From a virus, in IMG/VR virus record IMGVR_UViG_3300047678_000431, positions 1 through 64,000 of that record: 64,000 nt of DNA. One strand, 5' to 3'. A model generated the notes under the pieces. It made no database searches. It was not told where the DNA came from and saw only the letters and a list, made by a program, of their open reading frames with translations. Positions 1-7,186 of the stretch are shown one piece after another (the first letter of the stretch is position 1; each line of letters starts with the position of its first letter). A program made the position numbers and the translations under genes.

Positions 1-216
1 CCCCGGGCGGCGGTTCTCGATCCGACATACGATCGCGGCCTGAGCATCGAACGTGCCGTCTTCGCGCATTTCACTTATGCAAAATTTGCGCGAGGTGAAG
101 GGTTGTCGGAAACGTTTCAACTGTTGCGGCGATCGTGGATGCAGGCCGTGGCCGGTCAATCCCTCGCGTTCGACGCGTGTATGGAGACGGCGGCCGTTCT
201 CCTACAGTATTCCTAG
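1..216 (+). CDS. 3' end of hypothetical protein (partial, runs off window start)
   Basis: Frame 1 is open from base 1 to TAG at 214-216 (PRAAVLDPTYDRG...AVLLQYS); converges on the 213-677 gene. Confidence 0.55.
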   Translation, partial: PRAAVLDPTYDRGLSIERAVFAHFTYAKFARGEGLSETFQLLRRSWMQAVAGQSLAFDACMETAAVLLQYS

Positions 217-677
217 TGCGCGTGATGTTTCGCGAAATACGCCGGGGCGTTTGCGCAAAAGGTTTTCGGGGGGGTCGATCCTAGGCATCCGAAGACGACG
301 GCGATCGGGACCACGCGATTCGCGGGCGTGTAATAGTATCGCGTGATGAGTTCGTATCCACTGTCGGCAAAACGTTGCGGCGCAAGAGTCTTGCCGGTCG
401 CCGTCTTCCACGCCTGCCGGTAGTTCGCGGCGAGATAATCGAGTTCGTGCAACGCGGAATCTGAATCCGCATTGCGCCAGTCGTCGCCGGTTGTGATTGC
501 GTGCGTGCGTTCTTGCGTGCGTGCGTGCGTGCTTCCATACGAATGTTGATAGGCGGCCGATCCGACGGTTGTATAATCGAGAAGACCGGCCTGAGCGGAT
601 TGGTCCGCGATCGCGCTCGTCGCGCAGGTGAGAGAGAGAAGGGCCGTTGCAATCGTTGCCGTGATGATGTGTCGCAT
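213..677 (-). CDS. secreted hypothetical protein
   Basis: Sec-type signal peptide (MRHIITATIATALLSLTCATSAIA); AAGGAG RBS upstream; contains a tetramer array read as THARTQERTHA. Confidence 0.75.
   Translation of the reverse strand: MRHIITATIATALLSLTCATSAIADQSAQAGLLDYTTVGSAAYQHSYGSTHARTQERTHAITTGDDWRNADSDSALHELDYLAANYRQAWKTATGKTLAPQRFADSGYELITRYYYTPANRVVPIAVVFGCLGSTPPKTFCANAPAYFAKHHAH
498..533 (+). repeat. tetramer array A, (TGCG)n with TTCT/TGCT variants, 9 units
   Basis: tgcg tgcg tgcg ttct tgcg tgcg tgcg tgcg tgct, inside CDS 213-677. Confidence 0.9.
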
Positions 678-689
678 ATGTCGATCTCC

Positions 690-1082
690 TTATCGTGCGC
701 GCCGGGCATAGTAGCGCCATTCGGCACTGTGATGGCCCTCGCCGTAGTATCCGCCGCGATGGTCCTCGCCGTACCGAGATGGTTCGTCTTGCCCGACGGC
801 GCCCCCTAAAACGGCCGTGATGACCGTTGCGACGATGCCGCCGACGGATACCCGCGCGGCCGGTGCCGGTGCGTATCCATCGCGATCGCGCCCGCGTTCT
901 TGGTTGTCTTGGTGATCGCGCCGGAAGTGTGCGAGTTCCGCGTCGCTCGGCATGTCGACCGGGCCGTTGTCTTGATATGCCGGTCGGTCCTCGTGTTCAT
1001 AGGCGAGGGCCGGATTGACGGCGGCAAGCATGCTGCCTGCGATGATGGCCGATCCGAGAATCATTCGAAGTGATGTGCGCAT
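690..1082 (-). CDS. secreted low-complexity hypothetical protein
   Basis: ATG at 1082 with AAGGAGG RBS; signal peptide ending ALA; D/R/G/Y/H-rich mature part. Confidence 0.7.
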   Translation of the reverse strand: MRTSLRMILGSAIIAGSMLAAVNPALAYEHEDRPAYQDNGPVDMPSDAELAHFRRDHQDNQERGRDRDGYAPAPAARVSVGGIVATVITAVLGGAVGQDEPSRYGEDHRGGYYGEGHHSAEWRYYARRAR

Positions 1083-1141
1083 GGTTTGCCTCCTTGGCAT
1101 TGCGCCAGGGCGTTTTCTGCGCCCGGCGATCTCCTGAAGAT

Positions 1142-1170
1142 ATTGTCTCACTTCTCACCGAGGCAAGCAA
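1142..1170 (-). promoter_or_regulatory. cassette promoter P1 (degenerate copy)
   Basis: Minus strand TTGCTT-17-GACAAT with a GCCTCGGTGA box in the spacer. Confidence 0.55.
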
Positions 1171-1209
1171 GCAACCGAACGAAAACGAAACAAAGGAAAG
1201 GAATCGTTT

Positions 1210-1238
1210 TTGTCGATACCCCCCCTATTCACTATTAT
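1210..1238 (+). promoter_or_regulatory. sigma70-like promoter for the 1261 gene
   Basis: TTGTCG-17bp-TATTAT, divergent from P1. Confidence 0.55.
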
Positions 1239-1260
1239 GAATAAAGGGGTACGGTTTTGC

Positions 1261-2001
1261 ATGCTCGTTACTGAAAAAATGTTCGAGGATCTTTCGAAGG
1301 ACGCTTTCGATATACTGAACGCCTTGGCAAAGAATCTCGCGCAATCTGATACGAAGTTTATTCCGATTCCGAAACAAGTTGATCTCGGCGCGCCACATCG
1401 AAAATACAAAGGCATTAACGAATTGATCGACCGTCGCTTAATTAGTAAACGCGGCGACGGACGCGGCGCCTCATATACGATCGTCGTCGATATTGACGCA
1501 GTGCAAAAGAAGATGCAAGAAGCGGTGGCGAAACGATTGATTGATTCGAAACCGAAACGCGAAATAATCCAGCTAGGGCCGCGCATTCACGATGACACGA
1601 AAAACCTTATGCAACCTCTAACAACGGTCGCCGAGGTGCAACAATTAACCAATCCGACGCACGTGCAACCTGTTTCGCGCGGCGGACATCTCCCGACGTT
1701 TTGGATCTTGAAAGATTTCGTCGAGATCGTTGAAAAGACGTCGAAACGAATGATGATGGACCGCACCGATACAATCAACAAAGAAATTCACAAACTAAAA
1801 ATCGACTTAATGAAAAACAATCAGTTGGACATGGAACATCTGACGATTCAAGAACTCGGACGGCTCAACTCGGAACGACGTCTCATGCGGCGCGACATCG
1901 CGGTTCAGGCCGTCAAAGAATGCGCGGCGATGCCGCAATTTAGTCGATACGATTGGACAAACATCGTCTCGGTTCACCCCGACGATTATTTGAACGATTA
2001 G
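1261..2001 (+). CDS. putative winged-helix DNA-binding protein
   Basis: N-terminal helix-turn-helix plus wing pattern (GINELIDRRLISKRGDGRGASYTI); AAAGGGG upstream; AT-richer than neighbours. Confidence 0.55.
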   Translation: MLVTEKMFEDLSKDAFDILNALAKNLAQSDTKFIPIPKQVDLGAPHRKYKGINELIDRRLISKRGDGRGASYTIVVDIDAVQKKMQEAVAKRLIDSKPKREIIQLGPRIHDDTKNLMQPLTTVAEVQQLTNPTHVQPVSRGGHLPTFWILKDFVEIVEKTSKRMMMDRTDTINKEIHKLKIDLMKNNQLDMEHLTIQELGRLNSERRLMRRDIAVQAVKECAAMPQFSRYDWTNIVSVHPDDYLND

Positions 2002-2240
2002 CCGAAAAGGTGCGTTTGTTCTTCGGGTTCGCCTAGCCGCGTCGCGCGGACGAATTCGAGATCGGATAACCAAGACGCCGAACGTTCAATCGTTTGTTGA
2101 ACCGCGACGTCGAATCCCTGGCCGTGGTTCTCTCCCTTGCAAATGCACGTGCATTCGGGATGCTTCGCGTCATAACATTGCGCATCGCAGCGGCCGAGGC
2201 ATTGCCCGCCGCTGCCGTATGCCGCAATGAGTGTCGCCAT
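1998..2240 (-). CDS. Cys-rich zinc-binding phage protein
   Basis: CDAQCYDAKHPECTCICKGENHG motif; TAATG overlap with the upstream gene. Confidence 0.7.
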   Translation of the reverse strand: MATLIAAYGSGGQCLGRCDAQCYDAKHPECTCICKGENHGQGFDVAVQQTIERSASWLSDLEFVRATRLGEPEEQTHLFG

Positions 2241-2686
2241 TAGAACGCGACCTTGTGCATCGCGTTGCGAGCGATCTCGACGGGTGTATCGCCGTAGCAA
2301 TTCGACACGTCGGGATTCTCGCAAACGAACCGGGTGATAAAGTCGGCGGCCGTCTCGTCGTCGATCTCGCGGGTTGCGTTGATATACGCGCCGCAACGAT
2401 ACACGACCGGGCCGTCGGCGGTCATCACCATGTTACTGTCGCCGTACTCGGTCGACTCGTTTTGTCCGTCATAATGGGTCGAACCGACAAGACCGGCGGC
2501 AAGTGCCTCGACGGTATCGGTCGTCGGGCCGTTCGTGTAGCGAATGCTGATCGACGATCCCATTGAATACCGCGAGATCGAGACGGAGAATTTCGTCGCC
2601 GGGAACTCGGCCTTGAGGGCCTTGCGGATCATTTTCGCCGCGACTGCCGTGTCGAGTGAGGTCTTTGCGATCGTGAGTCCGTTCAT
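2240..2686 (-). CDS. LPD29 (large polyvalent protein-associated domain 29)-like protein
   Basis: AAKMIRKALKAEFPATKFSVSISRYSMGSSISIRYTNGPT resembles the LPD29 signature; AAGGAG RBS. Confidence 0.7.
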   Translation of the reverse strand: MNGLTIAKTSLDTAVAAKMIRKALKAEFPATKFSVSISRYSMGSSISIRYTNGPTTDTVEALAAGLVGSTHYDGQNESTEYGDSNMVMTADGPVVYRCGAYINATREIDDETAADFITRFVCENPDVSNCYGDTPVEIARNAMHKVAF

Positions 2687-2726
2687 GTCATTCGCTCCTT
2701 CATAGTGAGTGCCGTTCCGTGACCTT

Positions 2727-2756
2727 ATTATCTCACAGAGGCAATCACCGAGGCAA
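2727..2756 (-). promoter_or_regulatory. cassette promoter P2
   Basis: Minus strand TTGCCT-18-GATAAT (TGn extended -10) with tandem boxes GCCTCGGTGA and GCCTCTGTGA. Confidence 0.75.
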
Positions 2757-2773
2757 GGGACCAAGCGGAACCT

Positions 2774-3022
2774 TTACGATCGCTTTTCCGCCTTTATTGA
2801 TTCTTCGACATGTCGAATCGCTTCGTGTAAACACCCGGAAAGATGTGATGCCATCACGCCGAGTTGAGGCAATCCGCCCGACTTCTCGATCGCTTGATTG
2901 ATTAGCGTTTCCGCCTCTTTGAGGTCTTTCACGTGTTTCTTTCGAAGGCGGGTATTGAGGCCGAGGAGGACGCGCACATCGCCCCCAAGTCGCTCGGCCG
3001 GTGTCCATTCCCAGTCGGTCAC
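2774..3022 (-). CDS. hypothetical protein
   Basis: GTGA overlap with the upstream gene; helical composition. Confidence 0.55.
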   Translation of the reverse strand: MTDWEWTPAERLGGDVRVLLGLNTRLRKKHVKDLKEAETLINQAIEKSGGLPQLGVMASHLSGCLHEAIRHVEESIKAEKRS

Positions 3023-3279
3023 TTCGACGCCTGTGATTCACGCATCTCGGCGAGCATGTGATCCTTTTCGTCTTGAATCTTTGCGAGGTCGATCTCAAAG
3101 AATTCGGCGAGCAGTTGCTCGGTTGTTTGCGTCGTGCGAGTCCACCGGCCGTATGTTTGCTCGACCTCGCAAATTGCGAATCCCTTTTCGTTCTTCATCC
3201 AGTCGAGGAACTCGCCGATCGTTTGACTATGGTCCTTGACGTTGCGCATCTTGTCATGTTCGGGATAATGGTTTTGCAT
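3019..3279 (-). CDS. hypothetical phage protein
   Basis: Translationally coupled (TAATG); SQTIGEFLDW...LLAEFFEID motif typical of small phage proteins. Confidence 0.7.
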   Translation of the reverse strand: MQNHYPEHDKMRNVKDHSQTIGEFLDWMKNEKGFAICEVEQTYGRWTRTTQTTEQLLAEFFEIDLAKIQDEKDHMLAEMRESQASK

Positions 3280-3539
3280 TATGATTCATCTCCGGCATCC
3301 GAACAGAGTTTGCCCTTCGTCAATCGGCGAACGGTTGCCGGGCCTTTGGGATCTTCCTCGACATATGCGTCGAGTGATTCCCATTCTTTCGACGCATTGT
3401 AGAGGGCAAGGATCGTGCCGAGAGTGAGATCGTTCCAGTAGCTTTCTGAATGCCAGTCGCACCAATTCATGAGGTGCGCGGTTGTCTCGCGGGTAAGGTC
3501 TTCCGCCCGGCGCGGCATAAGGACGTCGACTGCGCTCAT
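3279..3539 (-). CDS. hypothetical protein
   Basis: AGGAG RBS; coupled to the next gene. Confidence 0.65.
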   Translation of the reverse strand: MSAVDVLMPRRAEDLTRETTAHLMNWCDWHSESYWNDLTLGTILALYNASKEWESLDAYVEEDPKGPATVRRLTKGKLCSDAGDES

Positions 3540-3552
3540 GATGTTTCTCCTA

Positions 3553-3885
3553 TCAGCGGCGGCGGTTAAAAGTGACGAAAAGGCCGGTCATCTCTTCAAA
3601 GAGATCTTGCAGCATGTCGGCATAGACGCCCGCATGCGATTGAAGGGTCGTATATTCGCCCTTACGGACGCGCACGCTCTCGATGGTGTAAAGGTCGTCG
3701 TCGGTCAGCGTGACGCGGACGAAGGTCACGCGTTTGGGGTTTTGCCCGATGTGGATGCCGACGCCGTTGCCGGAGATGAAGACCTTCTTCGTGCCGGTCA
3801 GCAAGATGAACTGATTGCCGCCGAGTTGGCCCATGATCGTTTGTGCGATTTCTTTTTGTTCTGCTGCGCGTTCCGTTGCTTCCAT
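3553..3885 (-). CDS. conserved hypothetical phage protein (QLGGxxF...DxY...FExxTGL family)
   Basis: IAQTIMGQLGGNQFILLTG...DDLYTIE...LFEEMTGL; AAGGAG RBS. Confidence 0.75.
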   Translation of the reverse strand: MEATERAAEQKEIAQTIMGQLGGNQFILLTGTKKVFISGNGVGIHIGQNPKRVTFVRVTLTDDDLYTIESVRVRKGEYTTLQSHAGVYADMLQDLFEEMTGLFVTFNRRR

Positions 3886-3904
3886 GATGTCGCTCCTTCG
3901 TGTA

Positions 3905-3950
3905 GTGCCTCTGTGAGAATAGTATCTCACAGAGGCACCTAAGCAAGCAA
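3905..3950 (-). promoter_or_regulatory. cassette promoter P3 with perfect 14-bp inverted repeat
   Basis: GTGCCTCTGTGAGA-6nt-TCTCACAGAGGCAC (3905-3938) spanning the -10 GATACT; -35 TTGCTT 18 bp upstream. Confidence 0.8.
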
Positions 3951-3954
3951 GCGA

Positions 3955-4188
3955 CTACATCAAGGATTTACGATTCAGGCTTGCGGCCTGCGCTTTCCGA
4001 TGGCGTTTCGCGCAGGGTTTGCATTTCGTTTTTCCGGGGACGGCGGGCTCATCCGCGCAGGTCACGCATACGCCTTGCCGTTTAAGGCGCTGGTATCGCG
4101 TAAGGAGGTAGGACGCCGCGACGCTCATGCCGAGGCGATCCGCCCGTTTGCGCGCTTTCGCGACGACCTTGCTTCGAGCCGTTCCCAT
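3955..4188 (-). CDS. basic zinc-finger protein
   Basis: CVTC...CKPC with a K/R-rich background; similar to 27753-27950. Confidence 0.65.
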   Translation of the reverse strand: MGTARSKVVAKARKRADRLGMSVAASYLLTRYQRLKRQGVCVTCADEPAVPGKTKCKPCAKRHRKAQAASLNRKSLM

Positions 4189-4193
4189 GCCTG

Positions 4194-4364
4194 CTATGCG
4201 TGCGCGTGTTTTTTCGCAAACGCGGCGCGTGCTTCGGCCTCGACCTCGTGCATCGGGCGGCCATTGCGTGCGATCGCCTTACTGAAATCGTATTCAGCGG
4301 CCATGCCGTGAGCGTTAAGGCTGAAGTCGTCCGATGAATCGTTTGTCGTATTCATCACTTTCAT
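4194..4364 (-). CDS. short BrnA-like antitoxin (N-terminal part only)
   Basis: Overlaps the brnT 3' end; MAAEYDFSKA motif typical of BrnT partners; no C-terminal RHH; start 4364 or 4355. Confidence 0.55.
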   Translation of the reverse strand: MKVMNTTNDSSDDFSLNAHGMAAEYDFSKAIARNGRPMHEVEAEARAAFAKKHAHA

Positions 4365-4668
4365 ATGATTCCGATTTCCGCGCCGAGATAAAACGCGGGA
4401 TAACTTTTCCAAAATGCTTGCGATTGACATATGTCACCGTGAGGTAAAGCGCGCGAGTGATTGATTTTCCGACGAATGTGTACCGCGTTTCGGTGCGATA
4501 TGTGCCGTCGGCATTTAGGATATATTCACCGTCGAGGATAATGTCGACATCCTCGGCGTCGATGATCAAGAGTCGTTTGTCCTGATAGGCTTCAAAGGCT
4601 TCTTTGAACGAAACGCCGTGATCACGAAGGTTCATTCGGGCCTTGATCGGGTCTTGAGCGTAATCCAT
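4315..4668 (-). CDS. brnT: BrnT family (DUF497) RNase toxin
   Basis: DPIKARMNLRDHGVSFKEA...ETRYTFVG...RFISARK match BrnT motifs; GGAGG RBS. Confidence 0.8.
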   Translation of the reverse strand: MDYAQDPIKARMNLRDHGVSFKEAFEAYQDKRLLIIDAEDVDIILDGEYILNADGTYRTETRYTFVGKSITRALYLTVTYVNRKHFGKVIPRFISARKSESYESDEYDKRFIGRLQP

Positions 4669-4671
4669 GCC

Positions 4672-4722
4672 GTGCCTCCGTGCTATGTATATATTATATC
4701 ACAGAGGCACCCCCGAGGGCGA
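4672..4722 (-). promoter_or_regulatory. cassette promoter P4
   Basis: Minus strand GCCTCTGTGA directly followed by TATAAT; the inverted copy CACGGAGGCAC doubles as the brnT RBS. Confidence 0.75.
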
Positions 4723-4739
4723 GTAGGCAAGCCGATCCT

Positions 4740-4928
4740 TTACGATTGGTCGAATGGGGAGCACTCGACCGCCGGAACGCGCATGATCACGCCCTCGCCG
4801 AGGTCGATCTCGACCGTCTCGCCGTCAATGGCGACGAGCTTTCCCATGATGGCGCCTTCGTTCGTCGTAATGATGTCGCCAAGGTACAGGGGAGCGCCGA
4901 ACTCCCCGAAGATCATCTCATCGGGCAT
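4740..4928 (-). CDS. small beta-barrel protein resembling the YajC cytoplasmic domain (no TM helix)
   Basis: LYLGDIITTNEGAIMGKLVAIDGETVEIDLGEGVIMRVP; TAATG coupling. Confidence 0.5.
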   Translation of the reverse strand: MPDEMIFGEFGAPLYLGDIITTNEGAIMGKLVAIDGETVEIDLGEGVIMRVPAVECSPFDQS

Positions 4929-5110
4929 TACCGGGCCTCTTGCCACACGAAGACTTCGGTGCCGCCTTTGACCGGCCGCGTGTAGGCCGAGAATTCGCTT
5001 CCGGGGTATTTTGCCTTGAGCGCGTTGCGGACTTCTCCGGCCGTGATCTTCGTCGCGTAGATCTCATGAAGTGAGGGTTCGCGTGAGTCGATTTCTTTAA
5101 TGTCTCGCAT
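4928..5110 (-). CDS. short LPD29-like protein
   Basis: AGEVRNALKAKYPGSEFS aligns by eye to AKMIRKALKAEFPATKFS of 2240-2686; AAGGAG RBS. Confidence 0.55.
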   Translation of the reverse strand: MRDIKEIDSREPSLHEIYATKITAGEVRNALKAKYPGSEFSAYTRPVKGGTEVFVWQEAR

Positions 5111-5131
5111 GATCGCGCTCCTTTGTGTGCC

Positions 5132-5174
5132 GCCTCTGTGATTCCATTATCTCACAGAGGCACATCGGGCGCAA
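5132..5174 (-). promoter_or_regulatory. cassette promoter P5 with inverted repeat
   Basis: TTGCGC-17-GATAAT; GCCTCTGTGA-10nt-TCACAGAGGC. Confidence 0.8.
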
Positions 5175-5191
5175 TCGACTATGGCAAGGCT

Positions 5192-5626
5192 TTACATTGC
5201 CGCCTTTGCGTGCGCGAGTCCGTCGCCTTCGCATTCGAAACATGTGCCGCCGTTGATATGTTTGAACGCGGCGATGATTCCGGCGCCCCCGCACCGTGCG
5301 CATTTGCCGTTCTCGACATATTCGTCCCGGATTGCCTTGCGGTTTTTGCGATATTCTGCGGCGGCACGCATTGACTTCGCGTGATTCGACTTGCGGCTTC
5401 CGAGCGTATCATACGATGATTGCCGTTCCGCGATCCCGATCGTCCGATAATGGTCGCCGTCGGCTTCGTCGATTAAGATGCAAACGAATTTCCAGGTTTT
5501 TGATTGATCGAGCGCGCGGGCGATCGCGTTTGCGAGATCCGTCTCGGTTTTGATTGTAAACCGATCCGTCTCCGCTGATCCGCCTTGTAGGTCCTGGGTC
5601 ACGAGAATCTTTACCGTACATTCCAT
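5192..5626 (-). CDS. protein with C-terminal DnaJ-type zinc finger
   Basis: CARCGGAG...CFECEGDG (CxxCxGxG twice); AAGGAG RBS. Confidence 0.7.
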   Translation of the reverse strand: MECTVKILVTQDLQGGSAETDRFTIKTETDLANAIARALDQSKTWKFVCILIDEADGDHYRTIGIAERQSSYDTLGSRKSNHAKSMRAAAEYRKNRKAIRDEYVENGKCARCGGAGIIAAFKHINGGTCFECEGDGLAHAKAAM

Positions 5627-5648
5627 GTCATTCGCTCCTTCGCTGACC

Positions 5649-5692
5649 GCCTCTGTGATCTCATTATCTCACAGAGGCCATCACCGAGGCAA
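5649..5692 (-). promoter_or_regulatory. cassette promoter P6 with three boxes
   Basis: TTGCCT-18-GATAAT; boxes at 5649-5658 (inverted), 5669-5678 and 5681-5690. Confidence 0.8.
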
Positions 5693-5774
5693 TCGCGGCG
5701 CGTATCGGGGGCGTAAAGTTTCCCGTCGATTATCCGATTCATTGATCGACTCGCATTTTTCTAGGAGAACCCTT

Positions 5775-6224
5775 ATGCCCGTGAATCCGACCTGGGCGAA
5801 TCATCCCGAGATTGCATCGTACTCATGGAGTGCTTCGCGTAACGGGATCACGTTCGCCGTTCAATACCCGCCCGACGCCGAGGAAACGCCCTTGCGCAAG
5901 GTCTTCACACCCGAACCGCGCGAAGATCATACCGTCTGGGTCGTGCCCGCCGGTGAATCCTTGCGCGTCGACGCAATTCCCGAACGCGACGGGTTGCCGC
6001 CTGCCGGATATGAATACGACTCGGGCGACAAGATGATATGGCAACATCGCGTTTTGAATACGTCGCTCACGGTATTCGAGGGCGCGCCGGAACAAAAGAT
6101 TCATTTCGAGACGCTGATCTTCGGCAAAGAAACCGCGAACGGCGACGTGCATATCACGCAGCTGTATCCCGACGGATCACGCATCGAACACAAATCGCTT
6201 GCGGAAGCGATGTCGGTTAACTAA
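5775..6224 (+). CDS. hypothetical protein, first gene of the putative appendage module
   Basis: AGGAG RBS; beta-rich with a C-terminal LYPDG motif. Confidence 0.7.
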   Translation: MPVNPTWANHPEIASYSWSASRNGITFAVQYPPDAEETPLRKVFTPEPREDHTVWVVPAGESLRVDAIPERDGLPPAGYEYDSGDKMIWQHRVLNTSLTVFEGAPEQKIHFETLIFGKETANGDVHITQLYPDGSRIEHKSLAEAMSVN

Positions 6225-6247
6225 ATCCCGCGCCTTCTCACCTGATC

Positions 6248-6300
6248 AAAAAGACGTTACGCCTGGCATATTGCCCGCGTGACGTCTTTTTTTGTTGCCC
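6248..6300 (+). terminator. intrinsic terminator-like hairpin with TTTTTTTGTTGCCC tail
   Basis: AAAAAGACGTTACGC...GCGTGACGTCTTTTT then a T run; the same 14-nt tail occurs at 39126-39139. Confidence 0.65.
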
Positions 6301-6315
6301 TTTTGGAGATGCGAC

Positions 6316-7158
6316 ATGTCGAACTCTGGCCTCGGATACCAAGACCAAGCCCTTCAGGGTTTACTGAATGCAAAGGTCGTCGAAGCGCGCGAATTCACGC
6401 TCGTCAATACGACATCGAGTACGGCGATCACCGCCGTAGGAACGGCGACGATAACGGTGGGATCGGCGACGAATATCGCCGTCGACCAGAACCTCACGGT
6501 CGACACCGGCACGAATCAAGAAACGGTTCTCGTGACGGCCGTATCCGGCACGAGTGTCACGGCCTATTTTACGAAATCGCATTCCGCCGGATTCTCCGTC
6601 GTCGCAAAGGTTTTGCGTCAGCCGTGTATCATCGCCGACCCGACGACGCAAGCCGCGATGGTAGGCGTGACTGCGAAAGGCGTGCAGCAGCCGTACGGCC
6701 TGCAAACGGTCGAGATGAACAACGCGGGGCGCAACCTGATGACCCTTGTTTGCGATGCGCAAACGATCGGATCGACAAGCGAAACGCTTCTTTCATTCGT
6801 GCAGAATCTTGGAACTGTCGCAACGACCGGAAACAATTACACCGTATCGACCGGAAAAACGCTACGCATTCAATCGGTCAATGTCATGGCGAGTAATACA
6901 TCCGGCACGCTCACGCCGACGGCCGTGAGTTCATCAATTCGCATGCGCGTGAATCCGAGCGGCGCTGTGACAACGTCGTCCGCTTTGCGTGCAAGTGTTC
7001 AAACGGGGCTCATTTCAGCGCAATCAAACGGCAATCCGCCGTTCGGGATCGCCGGGGAAATGGAAATCCCCTCGGGTTGGACGATCGGATTCTCGCGTCA
7101 AGATACGACCGCAAGTCTTCTCATCGTTACCGTCAGCATCATCGGCTACGAATTCTAA
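6316..7158 (+). CDS. putative virion structural/appendage protein
   Basis: GGAG RBS; T/S/V/G-rich all-beta composition; C-terminal VSIIGYEF. Confidence 0.6.
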   Translation: MSNSGLGYQDQALQGLLNAKVVEAREFTLVNTTSSTAITAVGTATITVGSATNIAVDQNLTVDTGTNQETVLVTAVSGTSVTAYFTKSHSAGFSVVAKVLRQPCIIADPTTQAAMVGVTAKGVQQPYGLQTVEMNNAGRNLMTLVCDAQTIGSTSETLLSFVQNLGTVATTGNNYTVSTGKTLRIQSVNVMASNTSGTLTPTAVSSSIRMRVNPSGAVTTSSALRASVQTGLISAQSNGNPPFGIAGEMEIPSGWTIGFSRQDTTASLLIVTVSIIGYEF

Positions 7159-7186
7159 TTCCGCGCGCTTGCCTTGAGGTAACACG

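Noticed and set aside
1164-1172. Short GCAAGCAAGC runs here and at 3941-3952 as further tetramer arrays
   Set aside because: Only 2-3 units, and they coincide with the TTGCTT -35 boxes of the cassette promoters.
1142-5692. Repeated palindromic elements as a CRISPR array or integron attC sites
   Set aside because: Spacing is 450-1600 bp with whole genes between copies; the elements carry -35/-10 boxes; there are no cas genes, no integron integrase and no RYYYAAC/GTTRRRY ends.
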